Assembly (NCBI GenBank): GCA_002104945.1
Contig: MCFH01000010.1
Coordinates: forward strand, 1,139,966 to 1,203,965
Reading direction: 5' to 3'
From: Piromyces finnis finn
Taxonomy: Eukaryota > Fungi > Neocallimastigomycota
Length of the DNA stretch: 64,000 bases
Position numbers and translations under genes: made by a program. Below the pieces are notes generated by a model. The model saw only the letters and a program-made list of their open reading frames with translations, was not told the DNA's origin and did not search any database. This document shows, piece after piece, positions 61,004-64,000 of this stretch (the stretch's first letter is position 1; each line of letters starts with the position of its first letter).

Positions 61004-61427
61004 TTTAATAAAATAAGTATCACATTCATCCTTTTTAAAATGAAAAAGTAGTAATGTGAATATTTAGAATATTTTATTTATTTATTTATTTATTTATTTA
61101 TTAATATATATAAATATATGTTAAAAATAGATTATAATTTTATATATATTTAATATATATTTATTCCATTTATTTCTTTTATGGGAATATAGATTTTAAA
61201 TTTTAAACGATTAATTTTAATAAAATAAGTATCACATTCATCCTTTTTAAAATGAAAAAGTAGTAATGTGAATATTTAGAATATTTTATTTATTTATTTA
61301 TTTATTTATTAATATATATATAATATATGTTAAAAATAGATTATAATTTTATATATATTTAATATATATTTATTCCATTTATTTCTTTTATGGGAATATA
61401 GATTTTAAATTTTAAACGATTAATTTT
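61004..61427. repeat. Tandem duplication, ~212-bp unit x2
   Basis: TTTAATAAAATAAGTATCACATTCATCC...AAACGATTAATTTT starts at 61004 and again at 61216. The copies differ only in (TTTA)n and (TA)n counts. Confidence 0.93.
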
Positions 61428-64000
61428 TAAAGTATTAAATAAAAAGAAATAAGAATTATAGTTAAAAGTTAGAGTTTCTTTTACTGTAATAAATAATAAA
61501 TAAGTGCATAAACATTTTTTTTAAATATTTATATTTTGGTGTTTTTTATTTTCCTACTCCTTTTTTATCTATATTTGCATATGATTTTTTTTAATTTTTT
61601 TTAATTTCATATTTTTTTTAATTTTTTCTTTATGGTATGATTAAATTTTATAGTTAAAATGGTCCAATAAAATCAAGTGTTTATTTAATATAATTTAATA
61701 TGTTGTTCAATACAATTAGATTAAATAATATATTGTTTAAAACAATTTAAATGATCCTTTATGAAATTTTTAGTGTTAATTTCATTTTAAATAATAGAAG
61801 GAAGTAAAATGATATTACTATTTCATACTTATTTTTATTTGTTTACAAATAAAAAAGTAGAAATTAAGGAAATGGAAAGGATAGTATAAAGCTAATCAAA
61901 CATTTATAGGAAATATGTATTAATTAATAGTCATATAATAGCTTTAATATAAAAAGTTTTTGAAAACTTTACTATAATATATTAAAGACCATCAAATATA
62001 ATGACATTCTTATTTTTTTATTACTAAATATGTATTGTTTTAATTTTATTGGCATATAATAGCAGAAAAGGAAACATAAACTTTATAAATAATTTACTTG
62101 TATTAAAAAAAGTTATTCTTACCTTTTTGTATTAATCAATAATACTTATGGAATGTTTTTTGACATTTAAATAAAAGTATATATTAATATAATAGAAAAT
62201 ATATTAAATAGTAATTTCAATTAGCTTCATTTTAATTCATTATATATAAATATAATAATTATACGATTTTGTTACATGTGTAAAATACTTCTGTAGTATT
62301 ACATTGCTTATTTATTATAATAAATAGAACGAATAATAGGGAATTACATTTTATATATATATAAAGATAATTCATTATATCATTATAATGATTGTTCAAT
62401 TAATATCATTAATCATAAATGATGAATAATATTTATTTGTTATATACTCAATATTATTTATTATATATTTAAAATATCCACTTTTTTATAATACAATAAT
62501 GTAATTATTATTATTATATTACTATTATTATTAATTTATCCATCCATATTGATTTTTATAATAATTAATACTTATTAATACATAGAATGTATATATTAAT
62601 ATTACATTTTGATTTTTTTAAAATATGTCCCTTTTTTTAAATTTTTCATCGGTGTTTTTTTATTAAAAATGAGGTTTATACTATTCTAATTAATATATAA
62701 TAAAAATATTTAATAGTATATATAGAATTAGATGGTTACATTAGAATATTTAAAATTTATATGATAAATTAAATATAGTAAGCTTTATAAACTTTTTTAA
62801 AGTTTAATACAAGTCAACTCTCTATTAATTTATTTTTTTAATTAATCAATAGAGCCAAATTATTGACTTTTATTATCCTCATTATATTAAAATCAGTTAA
62901 ATTTTTTATAATAAAAATAGTATTAAATATGTTTATATATTTATTCTAAACCCTAAATATTGGTTTTTAAACTATTTAGAATTTTAAATTTTAAAATAGA
63001 ATAATATTGAGTATATACATTTTTACGAAATTGTTGTTTTTAGTAAGTGTACATCTAAATTATCATATTTCATTCTATTAATAGCAATTTTTTTAAAAAG
63101 AAAATAGTTAATATTGTAAATTAAATGAATATATATATATGTAAATAAATAAACTTTTATTGATATTAATATGGATGATTTTTAATTTTCATTCATTGTA
63201 AATATAATTTAACCTTTTTTAAGCACACTTAATTACGTTATTGTACGTAATGTATATTTGATATATTATTAATCTCATAATAATTCTAGATATTAAAAAT
63301 TAATTTCCTGTGGCTTGATTTCTAATTAGATTTAATTTTAGAACCAACTATTTAATTTAAGTTTATTTTTTAATAACATTATGTGATTTATTAAAAATAC
63401 AGCCAATCATACTGGTTGATCTTTTTCTTAAAACTTCCATATAATTAAACATGTGATCCATTCATAATTATTTATATTAATGTAAAATAAATTAATTGAT
63501 GTTCATTTGATTATTTATATTTTGAAATAAGAAAAATATAAATTTATAAACAATTATTTCAATAAAAAAAAAATTTTGGGTTAGTTTAATTTATTAATTA
63601 AAAAATTTGTAAAGGGTTAATTTTTATAGCCTATATACTGTATTAGATATAAAATTACAAGATGGTTTTATTTTTCTTTTATTAATTTAATATTTAAGCA
63701 GGTAGGTTCAAGTAATAAATACTATAAAATTATTAAATAATTATTATATACAAAAAGCAACTACGAGAATAGTTATATATTTATTATTTATTTAAAATTT
63801 TAAAGTTTATTTTAAAAATGATTTGGTTTAATTTTATTTGATTTTAAGTTTTTGTGTACAATTTTATTTATTTTTTCATTAATATATTAAACCAGTTTTG
63901 TACTACCTAAAATTAAATTATAATATATTACAATTATACTTAATTCTATATGAGATTCTAAAATAAAATTTTAATATATAATTAAAACAAAAAAAGCCAT

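Overview
This is an extremely AT-rich eukaryotic window with GT-AG introns and the standard genetic code. It is almost certainly from an anaerobic gut fungus (Neocallimastigomycota), judged from the base composition, an intronless GH5_4-like cellulase and a subtilisin remnant. Genes supported by the sequence are RPL9, a multi-exon kinesin-5, a 734-aa low-complexity orphan, CDT2/DTL, PEX14, a 3-RRM protein with a PAM2 motif, two inverted INO1 copies, a subtilisin pseudogene and a GH5 endoglucanase with an unusual six-Cys tail. One LINE family is present as four large 5'-truncated copies plus a 51-bp micro-insertion; three of these pieces are nested at 51.9-56.1 kb. Three observations stand out. 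(1) A 488-nt, ~41% GC, ORF-less, highly foldable sequence at 11.9-12.4 kb is retroposed with poly(A) and a 14-bp target-site duplication, is unrelated to the local LINE and carries perfect splice signals. (2) The two INO1 copies form a 1.5-kb apparently identical inverted repeat whose identity starts at the ATG and ends ~10 nt after the stop. (3) A PEX14 gene is present in an apparent obligate anaerobe. I recognised no rRNA, tRNA or CRISPR arrays. Exon boundaries were read by eye and no database searches were run.
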